This document shows positions 9,741 through 18,596 of a stretch of DNA of 64,000 nucleotides, piece after piece. The position numbers and the translations under genes were made by a program. The notes under the pieces were generated by a model, which saw only the letters and a list, made by a program, of their open reading frames with translations, was not told where the DNA came from and did not search any database. Location of the stretch: the NCBI GenBank assembly GCA_963843285.1, contig CAWJJO010000012.1, forward strand, positions 60,864 to 124,863, read 5' to 3'. Position 1 is the stretch's first letter, and each line of letters opens with the position of its first letter. The DNA comes from an uncultured bacterium (GTDB lineage Bacteria; Acidobacteriota; HRBIN11; JAKEFK01).

Positions 9741-11165
9741 ATGAGACGGATGTTAGGCTTCTTGATTATATCGGCTCTCATGTTCAGCGGATGCAAACTG
9801 GGCCCAGATTACGTGCGCCCGCCTGTGCAGGCGCCGGAAGCGTGGAAAGAGGCTGTGCCGATCGACACTAGCCTTGCAAATCTTCCCTGGTGGGATCTAT
9901 TCCAGGATCCACAATTACAGGAATTGATCCGGATCGCCCTTGCAGAGAACAAAGATCTAAAAATCGCGGTCGAACGGATCGAAGAAGCTCGCGCGTTCTA
10001 TGGATTTCAGAAAGCGGACCTTTATCCGCAGGTAGACGTAAACGCGTCGGCCGCGGAGCAGGAAACAAGCCACGACAGTGTCATTAAAATCCCCGAAAGC
10101 ACCGACACATCCAAGCCCGTGTATCAGCTCAACGCAAGCGTTTTCTGGGAGTTGGATTTTTTTGGAAGGATCCGGCGGGCAACGGAAGCGGAGAAAGCGC
10201 TCCTGTTGTCCACAGAAGAAGCGCAAAGATTCGCGGTCATCACACTCGTTTCCGATGTTGCGATCGCATACATGGAGTTACGAGACCTGGATCTCAGGCT
10301 GGAAATCTCCAGGCGTACGCTGAAGTCCAGTGAAGATTATGTCAAATTGGCGAAACTCCGTTTTGAAGGTGGACTGACTTCGGAGCTTGATTTGAGGCAG
10401 GCCGAAGCGGAATACCACCGTACAAATGCATTTGTTCATGACTTTGAGCGCTTTGTTGTGCAAAAGGAAAACGAAATATCTGTTTTACTGGGCCGGAATC
10501 CATCTCATATCCTGAGAGGACGCGGGCTGGAAGAACAGCCGTTGCCGCCTCAGATTCCAGCCGGACTAGCATCAGAATTGCTGGAGCGTCGACCGGACAT
10601 CGCGCAAGCCGAGCAGATCTTAATTTCCTCCAACGCGCGAATCGGGGAAGCAAAAGCTTTGCTTTTTCCCCGGATTTTCCTGACCGGCTTCTTCGGATGG
10701 GAAAGCACCGAGTTAGACAATATTGCAACCTCACCGGCAAAAACGTGGGCCATTGCGGGAAACCTGATTCAACCCATTTTCAATGCGGGCAAAAACAAAC
10801 GTCGGGTGGAAGTAGCGGAATCGCAAAACCGGCAGACCCTGTACGCTTACGAATCCGTCATATTACAAGCTTTTCGCGAAGTCGAGGATGCATTGATCGA
10901 TTATCAGAAATCGGGTGAGCGCCGAGTATCCCAGTCGGCACGAGTGGCAGCCGAACAAAGGGTATTGGAGCTTGCCGAAATTCGATACAGAGGCGGCGTT
11001 TCAGATTATCTGGAGGTATTGGACGCCCAGCGGTCCTTGTTCGAATCAGAACTTGATTCGGCTCAAAGTGTACGGGACCAGCTTGTAGCATTGGTTCGCC
11101 TCTATAAAGCGCTGGGCGGAGGATGGACTCCTCCGGAACCGGAAAATACTGCCGTCACGCAGTAG
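9741..11165 (+). CDS. RND efflux outer-membrane factor lipoprotein (NodT/OprM family)
   Basis: 474 aa. Lipoprotein signal ALMFSGC followed by KLGPDYVRPP, typical of the NodT family. The start is 1 nt after the RND stop. Confidence 0.9.
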   Translation: MRRMLGFLIISALMFSGCKLGPDYVRPPVQAPEAWKEAVPIDTSLANLPWWDLFQDPQLQELIRIALAENKDLKIAVERIEEARAFYGFQKADLYPQVDVNASAAEQETSHDSVIKIPESTDTSKPVYQLNASVFWELDFFGRIRRATEAEKALLLSTEEAQRFAVITLVSDVAIAYMELRDLDLRLEISRRTLKSSEDYVKLAKLRFEGGLTSELDLRQAEAEYHRTNAFVHDFERFVVQKENEISVLLGRNPSHILRGRGLEEQPLPPQIPAGLASELLERRPDIAQAEQILISSNARIGEAKALLFPRIFLTGFFGWESTELDNIATSPAKTWAIAGNLIQPIFNAGKNKRRVEVAESQNRQTLYAYESVILQAFREVEDALIDYQKSGERRVSQSARVAAEQRVLELAEIRYRGGVSDYLEVLDAQRSLFESELDSAQSVRDQLVALVRLYKALGGGWTPPEPENTAVTQ

Positions 11166-11187
11166 AAAATTTAAAAGGAGATCTCAA

Positions 11188-11739
11188 ATGAAAATGTTCA
11201 AGATTACTGGAATTGGTGTGGCCGGCATGTTTTTGTTATTGCTGGCCGGCGCTGCATTCGCTCAAGATGTAAAAGTTGACTACGATAAAGCCTTCGATTT
11301 CAAAACGTTGAAGACCTTTGCTGTGAAAATTGGAACATCTTGGGGAAATCCTCTCGGCGAAAAACGAGTCATCGCAGCAGTAGAAGCAGCTCTTGCAACG
11401 AAGGGTTGGACCAAAGCGGATGAAAGCGCTGCTGACTCAGTTGTGGTGCTTCATGGAGCAACGCAGGAAAAGAAGGACCTGACCACCTTCTATTCCGGCT
11501 ACGGCGGAGGCTATCGCTGGGGCGGTTTCGGTGGAATGGGCACTGCCACCACTACCGTTGACGAATATACGGTAGGAACCCTCGTTGTTGACATATTCGA
11601 TGTGAAGTCCAAACAACTGGTTTTCAGGGGCGTGGCTCAGGATGAACTTTCGGATAAACCCGAAAAGAACGAAAAGAAGCTCAAGAAAGCCACCGAAAAG
11701 ATGTTCAAGGACTTTCCACCAGGGACGAAAGAAAAGTAA
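11188..11739 (+). CDS. DUF4136-like secreted/lipoprotein
   Basis: 183 aa. Signal peptide, then a glycine-rich GYGGGYRWGGFGGMG segment and TLVVDIFDVKSKQLVFRG, typical of DUF4136. SD AAGGAG upstream. Confidence 0.6.
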   Translation: MKMFKITGIGVAGMFLLLLAGAAFAQDVKVDYDKAFDFKTLKTFAVKIGTSWGNPLGEKRVIAAVEAALATKGWTKADESAADSVVVLHGATQEKKDLTTFYSGYGGGYRWGGFGGMGTATTTVDEYTVGTLVVDIFDVKSKQLVFRGVAQDELSDKPEKNEKKLKKATEKMFKDFPPGTKEK

Positions 11740-11795
11740 CGCAAACTTCAGAAACTCGACGCTCGGTCTGAAATAGAAGGTGATTCTGCGAGCGA

Positions 11796-11891
11796 CTCCT
11801 CCCCCTTAATCAAGGGGGAGGCTGGGAGGGGGTTGGAGCTTCATATTCAGAATCCAACCCTCCCCTAACCCCTTCCTTCATAAGGGAGGGG
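11796..11891. repeat. Palindromic G/C-tract hairpin element, copy 2 (three hairpins)
   Basis: CTCCCCCTTAATCAAGGGGGAG, GGGAGGGGGTTGGA...TCCAACCCTCCCC and CCTTCCTTCATAAGGGAGGGG in tandem. Confidence 0.7.
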
Positions 11892-11926
11892 AACCCTAGT
11901 TAGATCCTCTGAGTTATAGTTTAGCT

Positions 11927-13204
11927 ATGGAAAAACAGAAAACGGCAGATACCCACCAGAAGGCGCTCGAACTCAATCTGGACACGACAAGGTTCGGATC
12001 TTTCGCCGAGATTGGCGCAGGTCAGGAAGTGGCTCGCTGGTTTTTACGTGTTGGCGCCGCATCCGGGACAGTTGCGAAAACCATTTGCGCCTACGACAAG
12101 GAAGTGAGCGACGATCTATATGGCGCTGGATCGCGATACGTCTCGAGACAGCGTTTGGAAGCCATGCTGGATCGTGAATGGCAGCAGCTACTGTTACAAT
12201 TGGGGGAAAGCCGTGGCGCCGAAAGTCGATTCTTTGCTTTTGCGGACACGATCTCCTCGCGGAATTTCGCAGGCACGAACGAACCGCATGGATGGTTGGG
12301 AATCCGGTTTCAGCTGCAGCCGGGAGATGAACCGAACGACATTTTGATCCACGTCTACCTCCTGGATCCCTCCAGCTCGCTTCAACAGGAGGCCGTGGGA
12401 ATTCTGGGAGTAAATTTGGTGTACGCAGCTTCACGACAAATGGATAGCACGGATTCATTCCTGGATGGCCTTTCGCAAGAGATGAAAGGTCGCATCGAGA
12501 TCGACTTTATGGATTGGCGCGGTCCTGCATTTGAACAGTGGGATCGCAAATTCGTTCTGATTGACCTTGTTACCAAAGGCCTGACGGAAGTTGTAGCGTT
12601 CCTCCCTGACGGCAGAATGCTGCCGCCTACAGAAGTACTTCATAACAAGAAAGTAGTACTGTCTCCGGGAATTTTTGATGTCGTGGAACCTTTCCAGAGG
12701 CAAATGCTTGCAAGCGCGATTCAAGCCGTCCAATCCGAGACAGGATCTTCACCGACCGGATTGTTTTGTTTAGCTTACGGCCCGGAAAACCTGCGACGTT
12801 TGGAGACGCTGCTCAAAGAGGGATATAGCGTATTGCTCACCCGAATGGAGGAACTATACAAGATGGCCGCTTACGTGAAGCGCTATACTGCTTCCTCCAT
12901 TTGTTTTGCGATCGGACTCCCTCTCCTGATTCGTGTTCTGGAAGACGCATACGGGGAACTGGAGGGCCATACATTGGAGGGCATCTCCCGTTTGTTCACA
13001 CAAAACGTACGGGTCTATGTGTATCCGATGACCCTTTCATCAGCTGGTGAACGGGTTCAATCAATGCGCAAACTCGGGTGGGAGATTGAAGATGCAGACG
13101 GGTGGATCACAGCGAATGGAATTCGACCGAGGCCTCCAATCAATCACCTGTATAATTATATTCTTTCCAGCGGTTTCGTCATTCCGATGCAACCACGAAA
13201 GTAG
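11927..13204 (+). CDS. Conserved hypothetical protein, function unknown
   Basis: 425-aa ORF with no signal peptide or TM segment. The N-terminal block FGSFAEIGAGQEVARWF looks conserved, but I cannot assign a family. Confidence 0.55.
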   Translation: MEKQKTADTHQKALELNLDTTRFGSFAEIGAGQEVARWFLRVGAASGTVAKTICAYDKEVSDDLYGAGSRYVSRQRLEAMLDREWQQLLLQLGESRGAESRFFAFADTISSRNFAGTNEPHGWLGIRFQLQPGDEPNDILIHVYLLDPSSSLQQEAVGILGVNLVYAASRQMDSTDSFLDGLSQEMKGRIEIDFMDWRGPAFEQWDRKFVLIDLVTKGLTEVVAFLPDGRMLPPTEVLHNKKVVLSPGIFDVVEPFQRQMLASAIQAVQSETGSSPTGLFCLAYGPENLRRLETLLKEGYSVLLTRMEELYKMAAYVKRYTASSICFAIGLPLLIRVLEDAYGELEGHTLEGISRLFTQNVRVYVYPMTLSSAGERVQSMRKLGWEIEDADGWITANGIRPRPPINHLYNYILSSGFVIPMQPRK

Positions 13205-14060
13205 CCCGGTTCTGCAACTTTCGGAGCACCGCTATGGAAAGCAGGATCAGCGCTGCTTCTACGAGGAAATAAAGAGCGGCAAAGCTGGCAAAGTCTGTTC
13301 GCTGCAGAATTACAACTGCGGTTGCGGTCGTGATCGCGACGTTCCTCACGCCATACTCGATCGAGATGGTGAAAGAATCCCTACGGCCTAACCGGAATAA
13401 TAAACCTGCTGTGTAGCCGAGAACCATGGAAAGCAAAATAAAGACGGCGGCAGCTTCCACAATTCCCTGCCAGCTCGCAAGAAATAGCGCTCTTGTTTGA
13501 TAAATGATGAAGACGATCAGACCCCCAAGAGCGACAAAGCCAATGCGTCGCAGTATTTTGCCGTAACGGGCCACAAAAGCCGGGCGATAGTGGTGAACGA
13601 TCATGCCGATCACAACGGGGAGAACCAGCATCAGAACCAGTTGTCCCACAAGAATTCGAAGCGGCACATGGTATGCGACACTCTGGGGTAGCAGGAACTG
13701 AAAGAGGCTGAGCAAAAGTGGCATGGTAAGGGCAGCACAGAGACAGGATACTGTTGTTAGAACAACGGAGAGCGCCACGTTGGCGCCAGCCATATAGGAA
13801 TAGTAATTAGAAATTCCGCCTCCAGGAGCTGATGCAACCAGGACCATTCCAGCGGCGATAGAGGGGATAGGCTTTAGCATTACCAGCACCAGCAATGCGC
13901 ACAGGGGGAGTAAATATTGTCCGAGCGTTCCGACAAAGAAGCTCCTTGGCGAACGGCGTACTTTCCGGAAATCGTTTGCGGTCAAGTCCATGCCAACAAT
14001 TGTCATGAGAAAGAACGTGATGGCAGGAATGGCGATGTCCAGAACACTCTGAAATGACAT
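13179..14060 (-). CDS. Bile acid:sodium symporter (BASS/SBF) family transporter
   Basis: Track ORF 13179..14180. The first 40 codons (MIGGLEAGWKPALQ...) translate a palindromic repeat, so the likely true start is the in-frame ATG at 14060 (MSFQSVLDIAIPAITFFLMTIVGMDL). SAPGGGISNYYSYMAGANVALSV is typical of the SBF family. Confidence 0.75.
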   Translation of the reverse strand: MSFQSVLDIAIPAITFFLMTIVGMDLTANDFRKVRRSPRSFFVGTLGQYLLPLCALLVLVMLKPIPSIAAGMVLVASAPGGGISNYYSYMAGANVALSVVLTTVSCLCAALTMPLLLSLFQFLLPQSVAYHVPLRILVGQLVLMLVLPVVIGMIVHHYRPAFVARYGKILRRIGFVALGGLIVFIIYQTRALFLASWQGIVEAAAVFILLSMVLGYTAGLLFRLGRRDSFTISIEYGVRNVAITTATAVVILQRTDFASFAALYFLVEAALILLSIAVLRKLQNRATFVVASE

Positions 14061-14090
14061 AAATCGGCGTATTATACCAAACACTTTAGT

Positions 14091-14258
14091 GGAGCGCGGG
14101 CTGAGGCTGTTGAAAAATGCAGGAAGGGAGGTTCCTAGCTGGAGCGCGGGCTTCCAGCCAGCTTCCAGCCCGCCGATCATCGAGGAGCTACAATATTCTG
14201 GCGGACTGGAAGTCCGCGCTCCCTTGCATTTTTCAACAGCCTCGGCTTCCAGCGCGCC
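14091..14258. repeat. About 170-nt nested palindromic element
   Basis: Outer arms GGAGCGCGGGCTGAGGCTGTTGAAAAATGCAGGAAGGGAG / CTCCCTTGCATTTTTCAACAGCCTCGGCTTCCAGCGCGCC. Inner arms GGAGCGCGGGCTTCCAGCC / GGACTGGAAGTCCGCGCTCC. Confidence 0.7.
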
Positions 14259-14290
14259 TGCGTACTGTCCTAAGTTTGTGTTGCTCGTTT

Positions 14291-14350
14291 CTCCCCCTTA
14301 TGAAGGGGGAGATGAAACCTCCCCTTAATCCCCTCCTTCATAAGGAGGGG
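14291..14350. repeat. Palindromic G/C-tract hairpin element, copy 3
   Basis: CTCCCCCTTATGAAGGGGGAG and CCCCTCCTTCATAAGGAGGGG hairpins, the same unit as at 11796-11891. Confidence 0.7.
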
Positions 14351-14555
14351 AAATCCGCGGCAACACACCCCGCCTGCCATTCGAAAAACCTACAGTCCTC
14401 CGAAATAACGGAGAAGACTCTTCTATTCCGTGGGGACGGCCGATTTCAATCAGTGCAAGTCCGATCATCAAGACTCGTAAACGTCTCAATTACAACGACT
14501 TAGTCCACTCCTAAATCCGAGTCATGCTGGCACTTTCCTTGCAATAGTGAAATCG

Positions 14556-14888
14556 ATGATCTACATGAATTTGAAAATTATTCCAAGCGCTAACCGGGCG
14601 GCGGACATGATACATGCTTTGCGCCTTCAAATGCGGCGAACGGAAGTGCAATCTGGGTGCGTTCAGTGCCGCATCAGTCGAGATGCGCAGGAGCAGAACA
14701 TCATCCTCTATCAAGAAGAATGGAGTTCCTGGGAGGATCTAGAACGACACGTCCGTTCTGATCGATTTTTCTGGATCCTGGAGTTAATAGAGCAGTCCAC
14801 CAATACACCGGAGCTGAGCTTCTGTGATATCCGGGAAACCCGGGGGATGGAATATGTCAGAAAACTCCGTACAGTGAACCCGAATTGA
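14556..14888 (+). CDS. ABM (antibiotic biosynthesis monooxygenase-like) domain protein
   Basis: Track ORF 14547..14888 starts with GTG; ATGs at 14556 and 14565 are alternatives. GCVQCRISRDAQEQNIILYQEEWSSWEDLERHVRSDRF fits the ABM pattern (GC..y.l..d..dpn.f.l.E.W.s...l..H..s..f). Confidence 0.55.
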   Translation: MIYMNLKIIPSANRAADMIHALRLQMRRTEVQSGCVQCRISRDAQEQNIILYQEEWSSWEDLERHVRSDRFFWILELIEQSTNTPELSFCDIRETRGMEYVRKLRTVNPN

Positions 14889-14908
14889 GGAGCAAATCTT
14901 AAGGAGAG

Positions 14909-16207
14909 ATGAAAATGAATACGCAAGGATCTTCCAATATCAAGATTGGATGGCTCGCAGCATTAGCTCTTGTAATTTTGCTATTCGGGACGCCATCCGT
15001 TCGCGCAGAAATTTTTGACATTCCAGCCTTACAACCGGCCGTAACTGCATCCGATGATGCTGCAGGCGGGGAAACGGAGAAACCGAAACCGCGGCTCGAT
15101 ATTTACGGGTTTGCGATGATGGATACCGGATATCAGTTCAAACAGAACGATGCGAATTGGTTCGATGTACTCCGTCCAACGAAGCTACCTGCTTTCGAAG
15201 ATGAGTTCGGCGAAGACGGTCATTGGTTTGCAGGCGTCCGTCAGAGCCGGTTCGGCGTAAAGTCCTACTTTCCAACGAGCCTTGGAGAATTGAAGACAAC
15301 CTTTGAATTTGAGCTCTTTGGAACAGGAGTGGACCAGGGACAGACAACGTTCCGCTTACGCCATGCGTACGGAGAACTCGGCCACTTTGGCGCGGGACAA
15401 ACGTGGAGCCCGTTCATGGACATCGATGTGTTTCCAAACTCTCTTGAGTACTGGGGACCCAACGGAATGGTCTTTTTCCGAAACGTCCAGGTTCGCTGGA
15501 TGCCCATTATGGGCGATACACATTTGACAATCGCTCTAGAACGTCCTGGCGCAAGCGCAGACCAGGGGATTTTTGAAGACCGCGTTGAAATTCAGAATAT
15601 TAAAGGCCGTTTTCCAGTGCCCGATCTTTCCGCTGAGTACCATTACGGCAAAGAGTGGGGTTACTTCGAGGTCGCCGGAATTGTAAGACGGATGAATTTC
15701 GACGATGTGTTGGACGATCAATTCGACTTGAGCGGTCACGAGACCGGCTGGGGCATCAACCTAAGCTCGAATATCAAGTTCAGCGGAGACACTCTCCGGC
15801 TTCAATATGTTTTTGGTGCAGGTATCGAGAACTACATGAATGATGCTCCGGTGGACATCGGAATTAAGCTCAACCCTTCAAATCCAGTGACTCCCATTCT
15901 TGGCGAGGCCCTGCCTCTGCAGGGACTGGTGCTGTTCCTCGATCACACCTGGAACGATAAATGGTCCAGTTCCGTCGGCTACTCGCGCCTCGACATCGAC
16001 AACAGCAACGGGCAGGATGCAAACGCATTCCACATCGGTCAGTATGCGCTGGGAAACCTGCTTTTCTACCCGGCGGAAAACGTGATGGTCGGTGGAGAAT
16101 TCCAATGGGGACGCAGGGAGAATTTTAGCGATGGCTTCACGTCAGATGACTACCGCGTTCAGTTCTCGTTCAAATACAATTTTTCGCTTTCCGTGGGAGG
16201 GAAGTGA
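14909..16207 (+). CDS. Outer-membrane porin, DcaP-like
   Basis: 432 aa. Signal peptide ...GTPSVRA. IYGFAMMDTGY, VRQSRFGVKS, FRLRHAYGELGHFGAGQTWSPF and the C-terminal beta-signal RVQFSFKYNF are typical of this porin family. Confidence 0.65.
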   Translation: MKMNTQGSSNIKIGWLAALALVILLFGTPSVRAEIFDIPALQPAVTASDDAAGGETEKPKPRLDIYGFAMMDTGYQFKQNDANWFDVLRPTKLPAFEDEFGEDGHWFAGVRQSRFGVKSYFPTSLGELKTTFEFELFGTGVDQGQTTFRLRHAYGELGHFGAGQTWSPFMDIDVFPNSLEYWGPNGMVFFRNVQVRWMPIMGDTHLTIALERPGASADQGIFEDRVEIQNIKGRFPVPDLSAEYHYGKEWGYFEVAGIVRRMNFDDVLDDQFDLSGHETGWGINLSSNIKFSGDTLRLQYVFGAGIENYMNDAPVDIGIKLNPSNPVTPILGEALPLQGLVLFLDHTWNDKWSSSVGYSRLDIDNSNGQDANAFHIGQYALGNLLFYPAENVMVGGEFQWGRRENFSDGFTSDDYRVQFSFKYNFSLSVGGK

Positions 16208-16244
16208 CGATGGACAGCTCAATTTTGAAATTTGCAGAGCGGAC

Positions 16245-16826
16245 ATGCTGCTGCTGCTTGTTGTAGCGACGTTCACAACAGCATCACTGCAAGCGCAAAC
16301 GCCCGATCAAATCAATTCAACTCCATTATTGCAATCGAAGCGGTCAAGACGGTAGAGGGTACCGGGGCGCCGGAAATGAATCCGCTTGTCAATCCGGGCG
16401 AAATTTCATCGACCGGCATGGTGAAAGGATCCAACGCTGACGAAATCTGGAACAAGATCATCGGATTTCATGATGATGATTCCGCCGGGCGTTCGCTCAC
16501 CGTACTGCAGGAGTTTACAAATCCGAATCCGATACCAATCAGCGCAATCAGGCAATCGGCGCCCTGATGCTTGCATACGGATACATCAAGCGGTCATGGC
16601 GACAGCAGGTTTATACGATGATTCCGGCAAATGGCTGTTTGCTACCGGTTTACCCGGGAAAAGCGGAGTCGGTGGCGGTCTCATTGCGGTTTCCCCCGGG
16701 AAGTTCGGCATCGCAGTTATCTCTCCTCCACTGGATGATGCAGGCAACAGCGTCCGCGCACAGAAAGCAATCACGGACATTTCTAACGCGCTGGGTGGAA
16801 ACCCATACGCATCGAACCCGAAATAA
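16245..16826 (+). pseudogene. glsA: Glutaminase (GlsA family) remnant: N-terminal and internal deletions plus frameshifts
   Basis: Recognisable blocks lie in three frames: QFNSIIAIE...NPLVNPGEISSTGMVKG, then VYKSESDTNQRNQAIGALMLAYGYIK, then MATAGLYDDSGKWLFATGLPGKSGVGGGLIAVSPGKFGIAVISPPLDDAGNSVRAQK. The first ~110 residues (including the catalytic SxxK) and ~55 internal residues of a normal ~310-aa glutaminase are missing. Confidence 0.7.
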
Positions 16827-16854
16827 GCTTTCTTGACGTTCGATCACGATCCAT

Positions 16855-16883
16855 ACGTCTGCCGCTTCTAAGGCGGCAGACGT
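16855..16883 (+). terminator. Perfect 11-bp stem-loop (possible terminator)
   Basis: ACGTCTGCCGC-ttctaag-GCGGCAGACGT, 30 nt after the glutaminase remnant. No following T-tract, so terminator function is uncertain. Confidence 0.3.
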
Positions 16884-17123
16884 CTCAGATTGACATAACC
16901 CTGCCAACCTTTCGATCTTCTCGCCGATATCAGAAAACCGAGCTTCGGCCGCCAGCAGCGGAGAAGCCTAATCAACAATCGAAACAGCTTACAGAAGCGA
17001 CTTCTTCGTCAGAGATCCTTTCGGTCGTGAGTGCGCTGAAGGTCGAAATGAGGTATTTTAGACAGGTGCAACCGCGATCTGTACTGTCGCTTTTCGCACA
17101 AATAAAGTAGAAGGAGAAATTTT

Positions 17124-18158
17124 ATGCCGGTAGCCGACTATGCAACTTACTGCAAACTGCTGGATCGCGCCCGGGAAGGACACTATGCCTTTCCTGCGAT
17201 CAACGTGACATCGCTCACAACCGCGAATGCGGTACTGAAAGGCCTTGCCGAAAGTAAAAGCGACGGAATCATTCAGGTCTCAACGGGAGGAGCCGCTTTT
17301 GCTTCGGGTGCATCCGTTAAAGATATGGCCCTCGGGGCTATTTCGATTGCCGAACACGTCCATCGCGCTGCAGAACGATATCCGATTTATGTTGTTCTGA
17401 ATACAGATCATTGCCAGGCGGACAAACTGGATCAATTCGTCATCCCGCTCGTAGAAGAAACGGAAAGGCGACGGGCCGCAGGCAGAAAGAATCTGTTCAC
17501 CAGTCATATGTTTGATGGAAGCGCGCTTCCACTGAAAGACAATCTCGATATTTCAGTCAAGCTTTTGGAACGGTTTCAGAAAAACGAGCTCATCCTGGAA
17601 ATCGAAGCGGGCGTTGTCGGTGGAGAAGAGGACGGTGTGAAGGGTGAGGCCGGCGCCAAATTGTACACGACGCCGGAAGATACGCTCGAAGTTGCTCGCA
17701 GGTTGAACGCAATCAAGGGCGCAAGATATTTGCTCGCAGCAACGTTCGGCAATGTGCACGGTGTATACAAACCGGGCCAGGTGAAACTGAAACCATCCAT
17801 ATTGAAGCAGTGCCAGGATGCAGTCGTTCAGAAATATGGTGATCCAGCGCGATTCTATCTCGTTTTCCACGGCGGATCCGGTTCGGAACTCCGTGACATT
17901 CACGAGGCGATCGATTACGGAGTCATCAAGATGAATATAGACACCGATCTGCAGTACGCCTTCACGAGATCGATTGTGAATCACATGTTCAAGAATTACG
18001 ATGGCGTACTTAAAATTGATGGCGAAGTCGGAAACAAGAAGAACTACGATCCCCGCACGTATCTCGCTCTTGCAGAAGCCTCCATGGCAGAACGGGTCAA
18101 GCAAGCAGTGAGTGATCTGAGAGCAACTGGAACCACGATGTTTCAACGTGGATCTTAA
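17124..18158 (+). CDS. fba: Fructose-1,6-bisphosphate aldolase, class II
   Basis: 344 aa. YAFPAINVTSLTTANAVL, IIQVSTGGAAF, LNTDHC and FGNVHGVYKPG are class II FBA signatures. SD GAAGGAG upstream. Confidence 0.9.
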   Translation: MPVADYATYCKLLDRAREGHYAFPAINVTSLTTANAVLKGLAESKSDGIIQVSTGGAAFASGASVKDMALGAISIAEHVHRAAERYPIYVVLNTDHCQADKLDQFVIPLVEETERRRAAGRKNLFTSHMFDGSALPLKDNLDISVKLLERFQKNELILEIEAGVVGGEEDGVKGEAGAKLYTTPEDTLEVARRLNAIKGARYLLAATFGNVHGVYKPGQVKLKPSILKQCQDAVVQKYGDPARFYLVFHGGSGSELRDIHEAIDYGVIKMNIDTDLQYAFTRSIVNHMFKNYDGVLKIDGEVGNKKNYDPRTYLALAEASMAERVKQAVSDLRATGTTMFQRGS

Positions 18159-18220
18159 ACATCAAAATCCGTGACAACTGCTGAAGATACTTCATGCCAG
18201 TGATTTCTCCGGGCGACTTT

Positions 18221-18454
18221 TCACTCAGATTTGCTTAAAGCTTCCGACCAATTCAGAACGAGTGTATAGGAAGGCTTTTCCTTTTCCGTGTGCGCGTTCA
18301 GGAGAAATCGCTGGCCGTCCGGAGAAATATCGTAGAGCGTGACATCGTCAGTCTCCGCATAGGGCGCTCCTTTGGGCAACGGAAAGAGAGATGTGGTGGA
18401 TCCCATCGTGAAATTCAGAGAGATCTGAACGGTCACGGCGGTTAGAAGGGCCAT
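18221..18454 (-). pseudogene. C-terminal remnant of a PD40/TolB-like beta-propeller protein
   Basis: 77-aa ORF ending YDISPDGQRFLLNAH...YTLVLNWSEAL, which resembles the last blade and C-terminus of WD40-like (PD40) propeller proteins. No upstream coding continuation was found. Confidence 0.45.
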
Positions 18455-18596
18455 AGTGCAGAAGGATTATAGCAAATGGAATTTTGCTTCGTGGGTTCGG
18501 CGCCAACCGGCTACAATGTTCGCGGACTGGATCAGTCTAGAGATCTGGAAGGTGGCCTATTTTTTGCATCCATCATAGGATATGGAGGATAAACTA

